In this document: positions 46,810-60,458 of the stretch, piece after piece
How the letters are laid out: each line of letters begins with the position of its first letter
Numbering within the stretch: position 1 is the stretch's first letter
Assembly: GCF_018350175.1 (NCBI RefSeq)
Contig: NC_058373.1
Location: 109,928,001-109,992,000, forward strand
Source: Felis catus
Lineage: Eukaryota
Direction: 5' to 3'
DNA: 64,000 bases
Made by a program: the position numbers and the translations under genes
Notes under the pieces: generated by a model
What the model was told of the DNA's origin: nothing
The model's database searches: none
Seen by the model: only the letters and a program-made list of their open reading frames with translations

Positions 46810-48185
46810 AAATGAAAAATCAAATCACAGGCTGGGAGAAAATGTTTGCAAGCTAGTACATAAATATGATGATTGTATAAAGAACTCTAACAACAATATA
46901 AAAACGAATAGTCCAATTAAAATGGACAAAATATTTCAACAGACACTTCACAAAAGAAGATATACACACATAAATGTCTATGTAGGCACATACATATATT
47001 AAAGTCTAATCAGCAAATGGAAAGATGCTCAATGTCACTAATCATTAAGGAAATGCATATCAAAACCACATTGACATACCTCTTCACATCCATTGGAATG
47101 ATTAACATTAAAAAGACTGATGATACCAAGTGTGGTAATTGGAAATATTGTACATTGCCTGTGGAAGTGTAAAACGGTCCTATCACTTTGAAAAACAATT
47201 CCACAATTTTATATAAAATTAAGCATACATCCACTCAGTTTCATAGCAATTGCACTCCTAGGTATTTACCCAAGAGAAATGGAAACATATGCCTATAATA
47301 TGATTTGTACAGAATATTTACAGCAGACTTATCTATAATAATCCCAACTGGAAACGATCCAGTAGCCATCAGTGAGTATGACATTAACTAGCAATAAAAA
47401 TGAACACACTGCTGTTACATACGAAAACACAAATGAATCTGTAGGGGCAAGGGCAGGCTGACCCAAGATAGACCACTTTGGCAGGAAGATTATCTTGAGT
47501 TAAAAGCAATCAAAATCTAGTAGACTCAGGAAAAGCTCTTTACATGCCCCCTCAACTACCTACTTGTACCAGGAAGAGAGCTATTCACAGAGATTCCTCC
47601 TTATCTAAGAAACTTGTCTGCAGAGCAGAGCAACCTTTGTTTTCCAAATATCTCCTCTCACCTTCCTGCTAATAATGATCCTCCTTTTCTTTGTATACCC
47701 CTAACTCTACCCTTCTCTTTACCTCAGATAAGCCTGATGTTGCCTGTCTCTGAAATTCCATATCTATGTGGATTCTGTATACCTATAAAGGTAAATTTGA
47801 TTTTCTCCTGTTAATCTGTCTCATGTCGATTTGATTCTTAGTCCAACTAGAAAGACCTTAGTGGGGTAACGGAAATTTCTTCCCCCACAACAAATCTCAA
47901 AAACATTCTTTTAAGAGAAAGAAAGCCCACACAAAATAATTTGTACTGTATAATTTCATTTATATAAAGTCTAGAGCAGGTAAAACCAATCTATGGTTGC
48001 CTGGAGGAAGGAATTGACTATAAAGAGGCACAGGAGAGATTTCTGGAGTTATGTAAATGTTCTACATTTTGATTGTGGAAATGGTAGCATGGGTATATAT
48101 GTTCACCAAAACTCATCGAACTGAAATCTGTGCATTTTATTCTAATTAGATTATTCCTCAAACAAGTTTATTTTAAAAATAATAC
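46810..48185 (+). mobile_element. Ancient L1M 3' region
   Basis: AACAGACACTTCACAAAAGAAGATATAC, CTCCTAGGTATTTACCCAAGAGAAAT and 3'UTR motifs; split by the LTR at 47440. Confidence 0.8.
47440..47892 (+). mobile_element. MER34-like ERV1 solo LTR
   Basis: TG..CA ends; perfect TSD AATC (47436-47439, 47893-47896). Confidence 0.9.
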
Positions 48186-48639
48186 TACTAGAAACATATA
48201 CCTGAGTCATTTTTATACATATACATTTTTGGGCATAACACATACATGTACATTTTGTGCTGGTCCCAGATAGACACGGTGTATACCTAGAAGTGGAACT
48301 CTTCCATCTCAGGCTTTGCAAATTTTTAGTTTTACAAGATAACGTGAGTTGATCTTCAAGACAATTTTACCAACTTACACTCGCACTAGCAGTGTGTAAG
48401 AGTTCCTGTAGATCTATGTCTTCATTAGCACTTGATACTTTCTGATTTCTTCATTTATCCAGCAGCTAGTGTGTAAAATGTTACCTCACCAGGGTCTTAT
48501 TCTAACTTTTCTGATTAGTAATAAGGTGGAACATTTTTTCCCACTTATTGACCCTTGAGATTTTCTCTTCTTTAAAGTTGCAGTTCGAGTATTCTATTTG
48601 TCTACTATTTCCAATCTATTTTGTACAAGTTCTACATGT

Positions 48640-49090
48640 TGTTAACCTTGAAAATGAAACTTCCCAGTTATTTTATTAGCAAAAGATGAGTTTTTTCAGC
48701 AATAGCAAGGAATTGCAATTTGGGAAAGCTAGCTTTGGCAAAGTCTATAGGCAAGTCCAACAAACAAAGGAGAGCTACACTCCTTTATAGAGGAAAGGGG
48801 AATGTTGGAAAGGCTGTTATAAACAAAAAAGTCCATTGGCATAAATTGGGAGTTGGAGGTATAGTAGCTTTTCATTGGCTGAGTTATGACAGTCTGACAG
48901 TTTCTCATTGGCTGGGCTGTTGCCAGGGGAGGAGGTATCCTTTCTTCCTCTTCTAAGATAATAAAGTAGCATCCACCTGCAAGGTGCCTCTCTTCCTGTT
49001 GGGTCTGCAATTAACAAGTAGTAGGGCATGAGAGCTCCCCCTACTGAACCTGCTGACTCCATTTTAGTGAAGTTTCCCTTAATTTTCACA
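48640..49090 (-). mobile_element. ERV1 solo LTR (MER89/MER90-like)
   Basis: Minus strand begins TGTGAAAATTAAGGGAAACTTCACTAAAATGGAGTCA; two CCAAT boxes; AATAAA; near-TSD ATGT/ATAT. Confidence 0.75.
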
Positions 49091-49177
49091 ATATTTTCTG
49101 GATTCTAGATCTTTGTTTATTATGTGTGCCAAAAATATCTCCTTCCTGTGATTTGTCTTTTCAGCTCTCCCTCCACC

Positions 49178-49181
49178 TTTT

Positions 49182-49220
<39 letters not shown>

Positions 49221-49241
49221 ACTTGAGCAGAGGAGAGGGCA

Positions 49242-49285
<44 letters not shown>

Positions 49286-49408
49286 CTTAAACAGGCTCCA
49301 TGCTCAGCATGGAGCCCGATACAGGGCTCCATCCCACCACCCTGGAATCATGACCTGAGCCAAGATCAAGAGTCAGATGCTCAAACAACTGGGCCATCCA
49401 GGTGCCCC
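49178..49408 (-). mobile_element. Can-SINE with two (GA)n tracts
   Basis: Core and head. Confidence 0.92.
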
Positions 49409-49429
49409 TACATCTAAATCTTTAATCCA

Positions 49430-50085
49430 GTATCTTAGTGTGGGTAAGGCTAAGCTTGTTATGGAAAAAATAACCCAAAATAGAGGGCTTAAAAAATATA
49501 GACATTTTTCTTTTTCAAGTAACAGCACCAAAGTAAGCAGTTTAACCTGGATACTGGTTTTGCTTTCTGGGATCCTTCAGAGACCCCAATTTTGACGATG
49601 TCTCTGCCAAGTGTAGTTTGCTCATTGCCATTACATGAATAAGATATATCTTTCCACCTATTTAGGCCTTCTTTAATTAATAGCTGTAGGAAGAAGACCA
49701 GACTCCTAGGGCTAGGGAACAAAATGGAAGAGCTAGCATGCATAGAATCTAGGGACTTGGAGGAAGGGCTCCCACAGGCTGTGCTTTGTTGCCTGCAACC
49801 ACTGGCCCACCTGTAATTTCTGGTGGGCACCATTGGCCTGGTGCTCAGGTGCCCCACAGCTAGCGCTCAGATGTTTGGAGGAGCATTCTGAGATTGGTGG
49901 TGGAACTCCTGGAAGGAAGGTGCCAAGCGATTGACACAGTGAGTGCCAACAGCAGCAGAGGCTAGAGGTATAGCTGTCTTCATGCTGCTGGAAGGATCTG
50001 ACTGGAACTAGAAGCAGGAAGCAAGTGTCTTCTCCCCTTCTGCCTTCCTATCTTGGTCTCCCATTGTCAAAACCCAAGAGAAATC
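49430..50085. mobile_element. Degenerate MaLR/ERVL LTR fragments
   Basis: AACCCAAAATAGAGGGCTTAAA MLT1-like start; CTCCCATTGTCAAAACCCAAGAGAAATCATCTGGCAGGGGA motif. Confidence 0.4.
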
Positions 50086-50433
50086 ATCTGGCAGGGGAAC
50101 AAATAGTGCTGCAGTGGAAAACCTTGTGCATATTTTGTTTTGTTTTTCTGCAACTATGTCCTCAGGGCAAATTCTTAGTGGGATTATATGTAGCTTTGCT
50201 AGATATTGCCAATTTTTTTCTCTATATGGGATTGAACAATTTTGCATTCAGCAACAACATGAGAGTGTTTTTCCACAGAGCCACAAGAACAGAGTGCATT
50301 GTCAGACCTTTGAATTTTTTGCCAGACTAATAGGTATTAGATGAGATTTCAGTGTAGTTTTAATTTGGATTTCTTTTATGAAGTTGAGATAGATATGTTT
50401 GAGATCTGTTTATGTATCTATTTATATATTCAT

Positions 50434-50638
50434 GTTTTATTTATTTTTGAGAGAGAGAGAGAGAGTGTGTGTGTGAGCAGGGGAGGGGGAGAGAGAGAGG
50501 GAGACACAGAACTTCAAGCAGGCTCCAGGCTCTGAGCTGTCAGCAAAGAGCCCAATGTGGGACTTGAACCCACGAACCATGAGATCATGACCTGAGCTGA
50601 AGTTGGATGTTCAACTGACTGAGCCACCCAGGCACCCC
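50434..50638 (-). mobile_element. Can-SINE
   Basis: Full length. Confidence 0.93.
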
Positions 50639-51164
50639 TATTTATTTATCTTCTATATCTATTTATATATCTTTTTCTGTGAATTGCCTGTTCATGTCTT
50701 TTTCCCATTTTTTCTACTGGATTTTGATGATTCTACTCATTTTTAAACATACATTATGGTAATTAGCTCTTTGTCAATTAAATAGCAATACGTCTTCCCA
50801 ATTTGTCAGTCTTTTGACGTTGCTTATCAACTTACTTAACTCCAGAGGAAAAAAAAAATCATGTGAGTACCATTATGGGATTACCTTACATTTATATGTT
50901 AATTCTGAAGAAAATTGACATCTTTTTAATTTTATTTCCTTTATCCAAGAGCATGAAATCCTTTGTTTTTCATTTGTTCAAGGCAAGTATTGTGTCTTTG
51001 AAGAGTATTTGAAGATTTTTTTCATATAAATTTGCATGTTTCTTGTTAAATTTACCTTTAAGTATTTTATTTTTTGTTGCTTTTGTAAACATGATTTAGT
51101 TTTACATTAAATCTTTTATTGTTTGATATATATGAAGGGTGTTGTTTTTGTATGTTAATTTAAT

Positions 51165-51393
51165 TTACTTTTATTATTATTTTTAATGCTTTTTTTTTTG
51201 AGAGAGAGAGAGAGAGATTGAGACAGAGTGCAAGCAGGGGAGGGCAGAGAGAGAAGGAGACACAGAATCTGAAACAGACTCCAGGCTCTGAGCTGTCAGC
51301 ACAGAGCCCGATGGAGGGGGGCTTAAACTCACTATGAGATCATGATCTGAGCCAAAGTCAGAGGCTTAACTGACTGAGCCACCCAGGCATCCC
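51165..51393 (-). mobile_element. Can-SINE
   Basis: TSD TGTATGTTAATTT. Confidence 0.93.
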
Positions 51394-51590
51394 TGTATGT
51401 TAATTTTAAACCTAGCAATGTTACTAAATTCTTTAGTGTCTGTGTTAGCTTTAGTATTTATTTTTGGAGTTTTCTAAGTGTATTTTCATAACATCAGCAA
51501 TGTAATTTCACTTATTTTCAACTTTATGCCTTTAAAATGAATTGTTTTGTCTTATTACATTGGCTAATCTCCATTAAAATAGTAAGTTAT

Positions 51591-52045
51591 TGGGATGCCT
51601 GGGTGGCTCAGTTAGGTAGGTGGGTTAAGCATCTGACTCTTGATCTCAGCTCAGGTCTTGATCTCAGAGTCATGAATTCAAGCCTTGTGTTAGGCTCTGC
51701 ACTGGATGTGAAGCTTACTTAAAAAAAAAAAAAAAAAAAAGTACCGTGGAGATAGTGAGCATTCTTGCTTTGTTCCTGACCTTGGTAGGAATGCCACTAA
51801 TGTTTCCCTGTAAGTAAGATGCTGAGGTATATTTTATTACGTTATGAAATATCTATCAATTTCTATTTTATTGAATTTTTAAAAACAGAAATAGAGGGTG
51901 GTTCAGTCGGTTTAGCAGCCGACTCTTGATCTCAGTTCAGGTCTTGATCTCATGGTTGTGAGTTCAAGACCCATGTTGGGCTCCACACTGGATGTGGAGC
52001 CTACTTAAAAACAAACAAACCAACCAGACAAACCAACAAACAAAA
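51591..52045 (+). mobile_element. Two short-type Can-SINEs (51591-51740, 51896-52045)
   Basis: GACTCTTGATCTCAG.TCAGGTCTTGATCTCA and CTGGATGTG.AGC.TACTT-A tails. Confidence 0.88.
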
Positions 52046-52239
52046 AACCAGAAATAGATATTCACTTGTGTCAAAGATCTTTTCAGCACTATGGAACTAA
52101 TCTTATCATTTCCTCCTTGTATATATTATATCACTGGGTAAATTATATTAATGGTCTTCTTAGTGTGAAACCATCCTTATATTCTCAGAATAAATCCATC
52201 TTGGTAATAAAGATTTTTTGTTGTTGTTGCTGTTTGTTG

Positions 52240-52464
52240 TTTATTTATTTATTTATTTAATGTTTATTTTTGAGAGACACAGAGTGAGAGAGAGACAGCA
52301 CCAGTGAGGAGGGGCAGAGAGAGAGGGAGACAAAGAATCCGAAGCAGGGTCCAGGCTCTGAGCTGCCGGCACAGAGCCCGACATGAGGCTCGAACTCATG
52401 AACTATGAGATCATGACCTGAGCTGAAGTGGGATGCTTACCCGACTGAGCCACCCAGGCACCCC
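52240..52464 (-). mobile_element. Can-SINE
   Basis: Full length. Confidence 0.93.
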
Positions 52465-53174
52465 TGCTGTTTTGTTTTTTAAAGTTTTATTAGCCTTTTT
52501 TTTTTTAGCAGTTTTAGGTTTACACAAAAATTAAGAGGAAGGTACAGAGAGTTTCCATATACCTCCTGCCCTCTACACACAAAGCCTCTCCCTCTATCAA
52601 CATCCTCCATCAGGGTAGTACATTTGTTATAACTGATGGACCTATATTGAGAAATCATTTCCACTCAAAGTCTATAGTTTACATTAGGGTTTGCTCTTGG
52701 TGTTGTATATTCTACGGGTTTGGACAATTGTGTAATAACATGTCTCCACCATTATATTATCATGCAGAATAGTTTTGCTGCCCTAAAAGTCATTTGTGGC
52801 CCACTTATTCATCCTTCTTTCCCCCGACTCCCTGGAAACCACTGACCACAGTTCTGCCTTTTTTTAGAGTGTCATATTTTTGGAGTCATACAGTGTGTAG
52901 TGTTTTCAGATTAGCTTCTTTCACTTAGTAGCATGCATTTAAGTTTCTTCTGTGCCTTTTCATGGCTTGATAGCTCATTTCTTTTTAGCACTGAATGATA
53001 TTCCGTTGCCTGGATGAACCACAATTTATTTATCATCTACTGAAGGATATATTAGTTGCTTCCAAGTTTTGGCCATTATGAATAAAACTGCTACAAACAT
53101 CCATACAGGTTTATGTATGGATAGAAGTTTTCAGCTCATTTGAGTAAATACTAAGCAGTAGGATTGCATAATTT

Positions 53175-53325
53175 TTGAAAATGTTTATTTATTTATTTTA
53201 AGAGAGAAAAAAGAATGAGGGCGGGAGACAAAAGGAAGGAGGTGTGGAGAGAGAGGGACGGAGAGAACCCCAAGCGTGCTCTGCACTGTCAGTGTGGAGC
53301 CTGATGTGGGGCTCACCAGGTGCCC
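53175..53325 (-). mobile_element. Can-SINE with internal deletion of the A/B-box region
   Basis: GGGGCTCA joined directly to CCAGGTGCCC; TSD TGCATAATTTTT. Confidence 0.85.
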
Positions 53326-53983
53326 TGCATAATTTTTTTAGATATGCTTTTGGGTTCTGATTCTAATATTTGATTTAGAATTTTTTATATCCATATCTGT
53401 CAATGAGAGTTGTGCAATATTTGTCATATTTTGAAATGATGTTATACTGGCTTCAAAAATAAAACCAATTTGGAAGGCTTTCTTCTTTTGAAATGCTCTG
53501 AAACAATGTATGTATCATCTAGGTATCAGATCTTTGAGGATTTAGAAGAATTACTTTGTGAAATCATTTGGCTTGGTAGTTTTTTTTGTGTGGATTGTTC
53601 TTGGATATCTTTATTTCTTCTAATAAAATTGGTTTTTCAAGACTTTCTATATTTAGTGGGAATAATTTGGGCATTTTGTAGTCTAGGTTTTCAAATGTAT
53701 TTTCATAATACTATGAAAATAATTACATAATGCCATGTCACTTTCTATTTCAATGGCCAGCTCTCTTATCATTTCTTATTTTGAATGTTTATGCTTTTTT
53801 CCTTTTTTTTCTGGATTAGGTTTCTTAGTGGTCTGTCACTGAAATCTTTTTTTTCTTCAAAAGTCAGCAGATTTATTTTATTTATTAGTTTTATTGGTTT
53901 TATGTATTCAACTTCATTGATTTCTGTTTTTATCTTTATTTTATTCCTTCTGCTTTTCTTTAGTTTATCTCTTTTTCCCCCCA

Positions 53984-55337
53984 AATTTTAATTTAAATTC
54001 TAGTTAGCTAATATACAGTGCACTATTGGTTTCAGGAGAATTCAGTGATTCACTAATTACATACAATACGTTGTGCTCATCATAACAGGTGCCCTCCTTA
54101 ATACCAATCACCCATCTAACCTACCACCCCCACTTCCTCCCTCCATTAACCCTTAGTTTGTTCTCTATTTTTAAGAGTCTCTCATGGTTTGTTTCCCTCT
54201 CTCTTACCTCCCCCCCCCCATATGTTTATCTGTTTTGTTTCTCAAATTCCACATGTGAGTGAAATCATGTGGTATTTGTCTTTCTCTGACTGACTCATTT
54301 CATTTAGCATGATACACTCTAGCTCCATCCACATCATTGCAAATGGCAAGATTTCATTCTTTTGAAGGCTGAGTAATAATCCATATATATGTGATATATA
54401 TACCACATTTCCTTTATTCATTCATCAGTCGATGGATATTTGGGCCCTCTCCATAGCTTGGCTATTGTCAATAATGCTGCTATAAACATCAGGGTGCATG
54501 TACCCTTGCAAACCTGTATTTTTGTATCCTTTGGGTAGATACCTAGTAGTGCAATTGCTGGATCATAGGGTAGTTCTATTTTTAACTTTTTGAGGAAGCT
54601 CCATACTGTTTCCCAGAGTGGCTGCACCAGTTTGCATTCCCACCAACAATGTAAGAGGGCTCCCCTTATCTCCGAATCCTTGCTAACACCTGATGTTTCC
54701 TGTGTTGTTAATTTTAGCCATTCTGACAGGTGTGAGGTAATAGCTCATTGTGGTTTTAATTTGTATTTCCCTGATGATGAGTGATGTTGAGCATCTTGTC
54801 ATGTGTCTTAGCCAAATAGATGTCTTCTTTGGAGAAGCATCTATTCATGGCTTTTGCCCATTTCGTCACTGGATTATTTGTTTTTTGGGTGTTGAGTTTG
54901 CTAAATTCTTTATAGATTTTGGTTACTAACCCTTTATCAGATATATCATTTGAAAATATCGTCTCCCATTACACAGACTGCCTTTTAGTTTTGTTGATTG
55001 TTTCCTTTGCTGTGCAGAAGCTTTTTATTTTGATGAAGTCCCAATAGTTTATTTTTGCCTTTGTTTCCCTTGCCTCTGGCGACATGTCTAGTAAGAAGTT
55101 GCTGCGGCCGAGGTCAAAAAGGCTACTGCCTATGTTCTCCTCCAGGACTTTGATGGTTTTCTGTCTCACATTTAGGTCTTTCATCCATTTTCAGTTTATT
55201 TTTGTATATGGTGTAAGAAAGTGGTCCAATTTTATTTTTTTGTATGTTGCTGTCCAGTTTTCCCAACACCATTTGTTGAAGAGACTGTCTTTTTTCTATT
55301 GGATATTCTTTCCTGCTTTGTTGAAGATGAGTTGACT
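53984..55337 (-). mobile_element. 5'-truncated carnivore L1 (~1.35 kb, frameshifted)
   Basis: Translations [19 protein letters not shown] and [23 protein letters not shown]; 3'UTR. Confidence 0.94.
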
Positions 55338-55770
55338 ATGGTTTAGCTTTTTGAATTAGAAATAGAATTCATTTATAGTCATTCTTTTATTTTTGTTGTA
55401 TAAATACTTGAAGGCTACATGTTTTCCCCTAATCACTGATTTTTTATAGATTATATTTTTATGTAGATATATATTATTTCCATTATTTGTTAGTTTTTAG
55501 AAATTATGACTTCACTTTGTATACTAGTTTTCATCTCATCCAATACTCATTTAATAGCACACTTTAAAATTTCTAGGTGAAAAGGATTGTTTGTTTTCTG
55601 ATTTTGTTATTAACTTTTAGTTTTATTATAGTGTTTATTACTATTATTATTTAATTAAAATACTATTTGCATTATTCATAGTTTATTCTATCATTGAGGA
55701 GTAACACAGTACAAAGTCAGTTTTCATGACTGAGTTCATATGTGCTCAGGAAGAAAGGATACTCTATTTT

Positions 55771-55991
55771 TTTTTTTAATTTTTTTTTCAACGTTTATTT
55801 ATTTTTGGGACAGAGAGAGACAGAGCATGAATGGGGGAGGGGCAGAGAGAGAGGGAGACACAGAATCGGAAACAGGCTCCAGGCTCTGAGCCATCAGCCC
55901 AGAGCCTGATGCGGGGCTCGAACTCCCGGACCGAGAGATCGTGACCTGGCTGAAGTCGGACGCTTAACCGACTGCGCCACCCAGGCGCCCC
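55771..55991 (-). mobile_element. Young Can-SINE
   Basis: CpG-rich; TSD GATACTCTATTTT. Confidence 0.96.
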
Positions 55992-56124
55992 AATGATACT
56001 CTATTTTTGAGTTATACATGTGAATATATCCATGAGATCTACTTTATTATGTTGTTTAGATTTTTTGTACCTCTAAAATGATCCTTTAGACCTTCATTGG
56101 CTTTAGAGAGATGTTGATGTCTCT

Positions 56125-56192
56125 TATTTTTATTGTTATTTTTTTAAGTTTGTTTATTTTGAGAGAGAGAATGCACATGAGTGGCAGAGCTT

Positions 56193-56232
<40 letters not shown>

Positions 56233-56357
56233 CCCAAGAAGGCTCTGTGCTATTGGCACAGAGCCAGAAGTAGGGCTCGATCTCAGGAACTGAGAGCTCA
56301 TGACCTGAGCCAAAACTAAGAGTTGGACACTTCTCTGACTGAGCCACCCAGGTGCCC
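56125..56357 (-). mobile_element. Can-SINE
   Basis: Core, head and (GA)n. Confidence 0.92.
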
Positions 56358-57241
56358 CTTTATTGTTTTGTATTGTGAGTTGAATAGTATGCTTAATTCA
56401 ATGATTTGCGTTTGAGAGTAAAACAAACAACAAGATATATACAACAGGATTCTTCTAAATGATACATTTATTTCTGCTAAAAACTTCTCTAAATTCTCAT
56501 CCAGGGACTGCCAGTACTAGTTTTATGCCATTAGGCAAATATTTTCTCTAAAGCCTGTCTGTCTTCTGTGTAAAATAAGGTGTGCTATGGGATATTTCTT
56601 TAATTCAATACTATAATTTACCAGTGCAATAAAAGTGCCTTTGAAATAATACCCACCGTTGCTGACTAAAATTATTGCAATAACAGCTATTATTTGTTGA
56701 GTGCTTACTGCCTGCCAGGCTCCATGCTTAGCATTTTACATATATATTTGACCTGAATCATGACATACTCGTTTTAGTTTTTCTTCCAACTCTGGAATGG
56801 TGGCCTCTCTGATTCAACTGGCAGAAACTTGATTGATTGGCTCAGTATTTTAGGAGACCATCTACTGCATAAATTGGCAGAGCATGACAGGTTGCTGGAC
56901 CCAACTTTCTACTCGAATCAGGACAATGGCCAGAGAGATCATTTTGGTCAAGGGAGCAATTAGCCAACGTTTATTCCTGTTAGTTTTCCAGGTTTGGCAG
57001 GAAACAAGAGCAGAATGAGATAAGAGCTCAGACCTTTACAGGGTGTGATTGGACTCTTGGACAAAGAGGAACAGAGCCATTTTCCTGGCCAGCTATTTTC
57101 ATCCCCGGCTTAAACAACTGCTCCCAATATGGTAAAAAATATCGTGGTGAAAGATTGTCCCTTGAGATCAGCAGACCTAGCATCCTAACAGGGAGTGTTT
57201 AGCTCTAAGCCAATCTCCTTTTGTATTTATACTAACTTTGG

Positions 57242-57242
<1 letters not shown>

Positions 57243-57275
<33 letters not shown>
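57243..57275. repeat. (GTT)n microsatellite at a SINE tail
   Basis: Direct read. Confidence 0.9.
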
Positions 57276-57277
<2 letters not shown>

Positions 57278-57655
57278 AAGTTTATTTATTTATTTTGAGA
57301 GAGAACCCCAAACAGGCTCCTCACCATCAGCACAGAGCCCAATGTGGGTCCCTATCTCAGGAACTGGGAGATCCTGACCTGAGCCCAATTCAAGTCAGAC
57401 GCTTAACCCACTGAGCCACCCAGGCATCCCGGTAGTAACTTTGTTGATAAAATAGAAGCAAGTAGCTGGGCGCCTGGGTGGCTCAGTGGGTTGAGCCTCT
57501 GACTTCCACTCAGGTCATAATCTTGCGGCTCATGAGTTTGAGCCCGACATCGGGCTCACTGCTGTCAGTGCAAAGCCTGCTTCTGATCCTCTGTCCCCTT
57601 CTCTCTGCCCCTTCCCCACTTGTGCTTTCTCAAAAATAAACATTAAAAAAAAAAT
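57274..57655. mobile_element. Head-to-head Can-SINEs (- 57274-57430, + 57467-57655)
   Basis: Plus copy has TSD AAAAATAGAAG(C/T)AAGTA. Confidence 0.9.
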
Positions 57656-58121
57656 AGAAGTAAGTAATAAGATGGTCTCATCCTGCCTCAGATTAAGTAA
57701 CATAATAGCCGCCCCTTCAGCTAAAGATACTTTGTGTTGTTCTTTAAACTCACTTATCCATCTGGCCAATCATTTAACATTATTATTTTCTGTTATCATC
57801 GGGGTTGATAAATATATGATACTAGTGTCAATTCCTCCTCCTTCTGTGCCCCTGGCAGAGACTCAGTTACTATTCAATTTGTATCCTTTCTTGCTATATT
57901 TAGATGGAGCGCTACAATCCTTCTCAATACAGCGCCCAAATTCAAGACTAGGATTTGCTCCTGGTGTAAAATCCATTGCCATTCTTATTTAGGCTCTGTT
58001 GGTGCCAAGATGAGGATCTGGGCAAGCCTAGTGTGGGATACAGGAATGTAAACAACGATTCTAGTTCTGAGCAATCCATGCTTCGACAGAGAGAAGTTGC
58101 GGCTTAACTTAAGAGTGGTCA

Positions 58122-58253
58122 TGGGGGGGGGCGGGAAGGAGGGGAAAAGAGGTGATGGGCATGGAGGAGGGCACCTGTTGGGATGAGCACTGGGTGTTGT
58201 ATGGAAAGCAATTTGACAATAAATTTCATGTTAAAAATAAAAAAAAAATTAGA
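58122..58253 (+). mobile_element. Very short felid L1 3' end
   Basis: Homologous to the reverse complement of 44533-44640; TSD AAGAGTGGTCA. Confidence 0.9.
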
Positions 58254-58267
58254 AAGAGTGGTCAATT

Positions 58268-58327
58268 GTTTTTTTAGAAGAATTTATTTATTTATTTATT
58301 TAGAGAGGGCGCAAGTGAGTGAGGGGC

Positions 58328-58369
<42 letters not shown>

Positions 58370-58494
58370 GCGGGGCTTGTGTTCACTCTGTGAGGGGCTC
58401 ATGCACACCCGATGCGGGGCTCAAGCTCACGAACTGTGAGATCGTGACCTGAGCTGAAGTCAGATGCTTAAGCAACTGAAACACCCAGGCACCC
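58268..58494 (-). mobile_element. Variant Can-SINE with tandemly repeated B-box segment
   Basis: Same architecture as 14830-15066; TSD AAAGAGTGGTCAATT. Confidence 0.9.
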
Positions 58495-60237
58495 AAAGAG
58501 TGGTCAATTTAATTCCTTTAATGGCATGAGGATGTCCAACCTGCTTGAATGCCTCAGACCATTTGTCCTGCTCAGTGCCATGTGCGATTCTGTATTGAAT
58601 GTCTGCTTCGGTAGTACTCACCATATGCCACAGCATGCTTGTGTACCAAGCCACGGATGTGCTTTCAGTAGGATCAATTTGCAAAACTTGTGTGTTTTTA
58701 GCACAACTAGAGCTGACAAAGTCCCTCAGGTGGGCTGTGGGGCCCAATGGGATCTTTTGCTATAAATACAGAGGCTGGTTGTAAATAATAGCTGAGAGGC
58801 ATAACATGACATCATACTGTGTTGTTATACTCTCTCTGTTTTTTGGTGCATGGGAGAATGTGGGCGGGGCTGGGTTCATGGCAACCTTACCCTGACAGTC
58901 AGAGATTGGAAGCACATGAGCCATCCGTTCCCATGCTCAGTGTTGTGTTTCAAAAGAACCGGGTGTGCCTCTGTTTGGCTTAGCATTACATTTTATTTTC
59001 ATTTCAAAGTGTGGAGGATCTGTTTCAGTACTCCTGCCATCGGTCGAATTTGTTGGTTTGGAAAGTAGGTATTACTTTTATATCCAAACTGACATGTCTA
59101 GGAGACACCATAGATCATTACAAGACTCTAATTGCGGACATCTGAAAACATTTTGAGACACTTTATTCTGGACTCTCTTGAGTGCACTAGACACAATACG
59201 GAACAATAGTCCTTTCATTTCGCGGACTAGTGGCATAGATGCCTACAAGGGAACAATAATTAAGAAATGATTCATAATATTTTCTCCAGAGACTGTTGCC
59301 ATGATGATTTCGCAGCATTTACTCTAAAGGAAGCAACCGATGTAAAATGGAAATGAATAGCATGAATAGAACAGAAAAGGAAAATAACAGACAATGCTTT
59401 GTCAGAGCAGCTCCATACACCCAAGAGCCCAAACTTTCCCCAAATTGGCTCTTGGATTTGTATGTATTGTATCAGGCAAAACGGTTCTATGAAAAGACAC
59501 CCTAGGACCAGAAGGATCTTCTTACTTTATAGACCTTTGTTGAGATCCAAGCCATTAGTACTAAATAATGTAAACCTAGGTAGTCTAAGAAGAGAAGCGA
59601 TACTATCAGAATGATCATCTTGGAATTCAAGGAATGACACATAGACTGATACTGTGCTGTTTTGTTGAGTTGAGCCATTGACCATCAGTAAAATGTGCTT
59701 TTCAAATAACTGAATCATGCTGGTACTCATAGAGATACAAGTTTTTGAAATAATTGTTCCTAGTTGTGGGTAAAATTTACAATGATTATTTTTTCGTTAA
59801 CATGTGTTAACTGCATGCATTATGAAAACTCTAATGTCTGCTCCTTACCATTTGGTTTGGATCACAAGCACCATATTTAACTAGGTAATCCAGGCAAGAT
59901 TTTGTAGCCATACAACATAGGTGAGCTTGGATTTATAAGAAGGTGATTTGATTGCAATACAAACACACTAGAGAAATATTTTAAAGTCCCTTCTTTACAT
60001 AATAATAGTGAGTTGATACAATACCATTCATTTAGGATTTTGACTGCCTTAGCAATGCTGCAGCAGCAATACAGGGGGTAAGTGGGAGTCAACTGACATC
60101 ATCCCGAGTCCAAAGGCATTGAGTAATTTGCTGAGATATCAAACTGGCATCTGCAGGATGGATTCCCAAGGATTTAGCTTCCAGTGAATTTCAGATCTGG
60201 AAGATGTATATAGTATCTTAAGATTGAGGTGGTTCTT

Positions 60238-60458
60238 GGGGGTGCCTGGGTGGCTCAGCTGGGTAAGCACCTCATTTTTTATTTCTGCTCAGGTCATGAT
60301 CTCATGGTTCTGGAATTAGAGCCCCATAAGGGCTCCATGCTGTCAGCTCAGAGCCTGCTTGGGATTCTCTGTCTCCTTCTCTCTCTGCCCTTCCCCCACT
60401 TGCACTCTCTCTCTCCCTCTCTCTCTCTCTAAATAAATAAACTTAAAAAAAAAAAAAA
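60238..60458 (+). mobile_element. Can-SINE inside a MER5-like fossil (~60180-60562), followed by a MIR fragment
   Basis: Degenerate TSD AGA(T/C)TGAGG..GTTCTTG; CTGTATTTTAACAAG..CCAGGTGAT MER5 motif. Confidence 0.8.

Larger units (their letters stand above)
50085..56100 (-). mobile_element. Patchwork of old antisense L1M fragments (including L1MC-like 3' end at 52480-53165)
   Basis: T-rich; TTTTCTGTGAATTGCCTGTTCAT, GAAAATTGACATCTTT, CATTCTTGCTTTGTTCCTGACCTT, TTTTAGCAGTTTTAGGTTTACA motifs. Confidence 0.75.
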
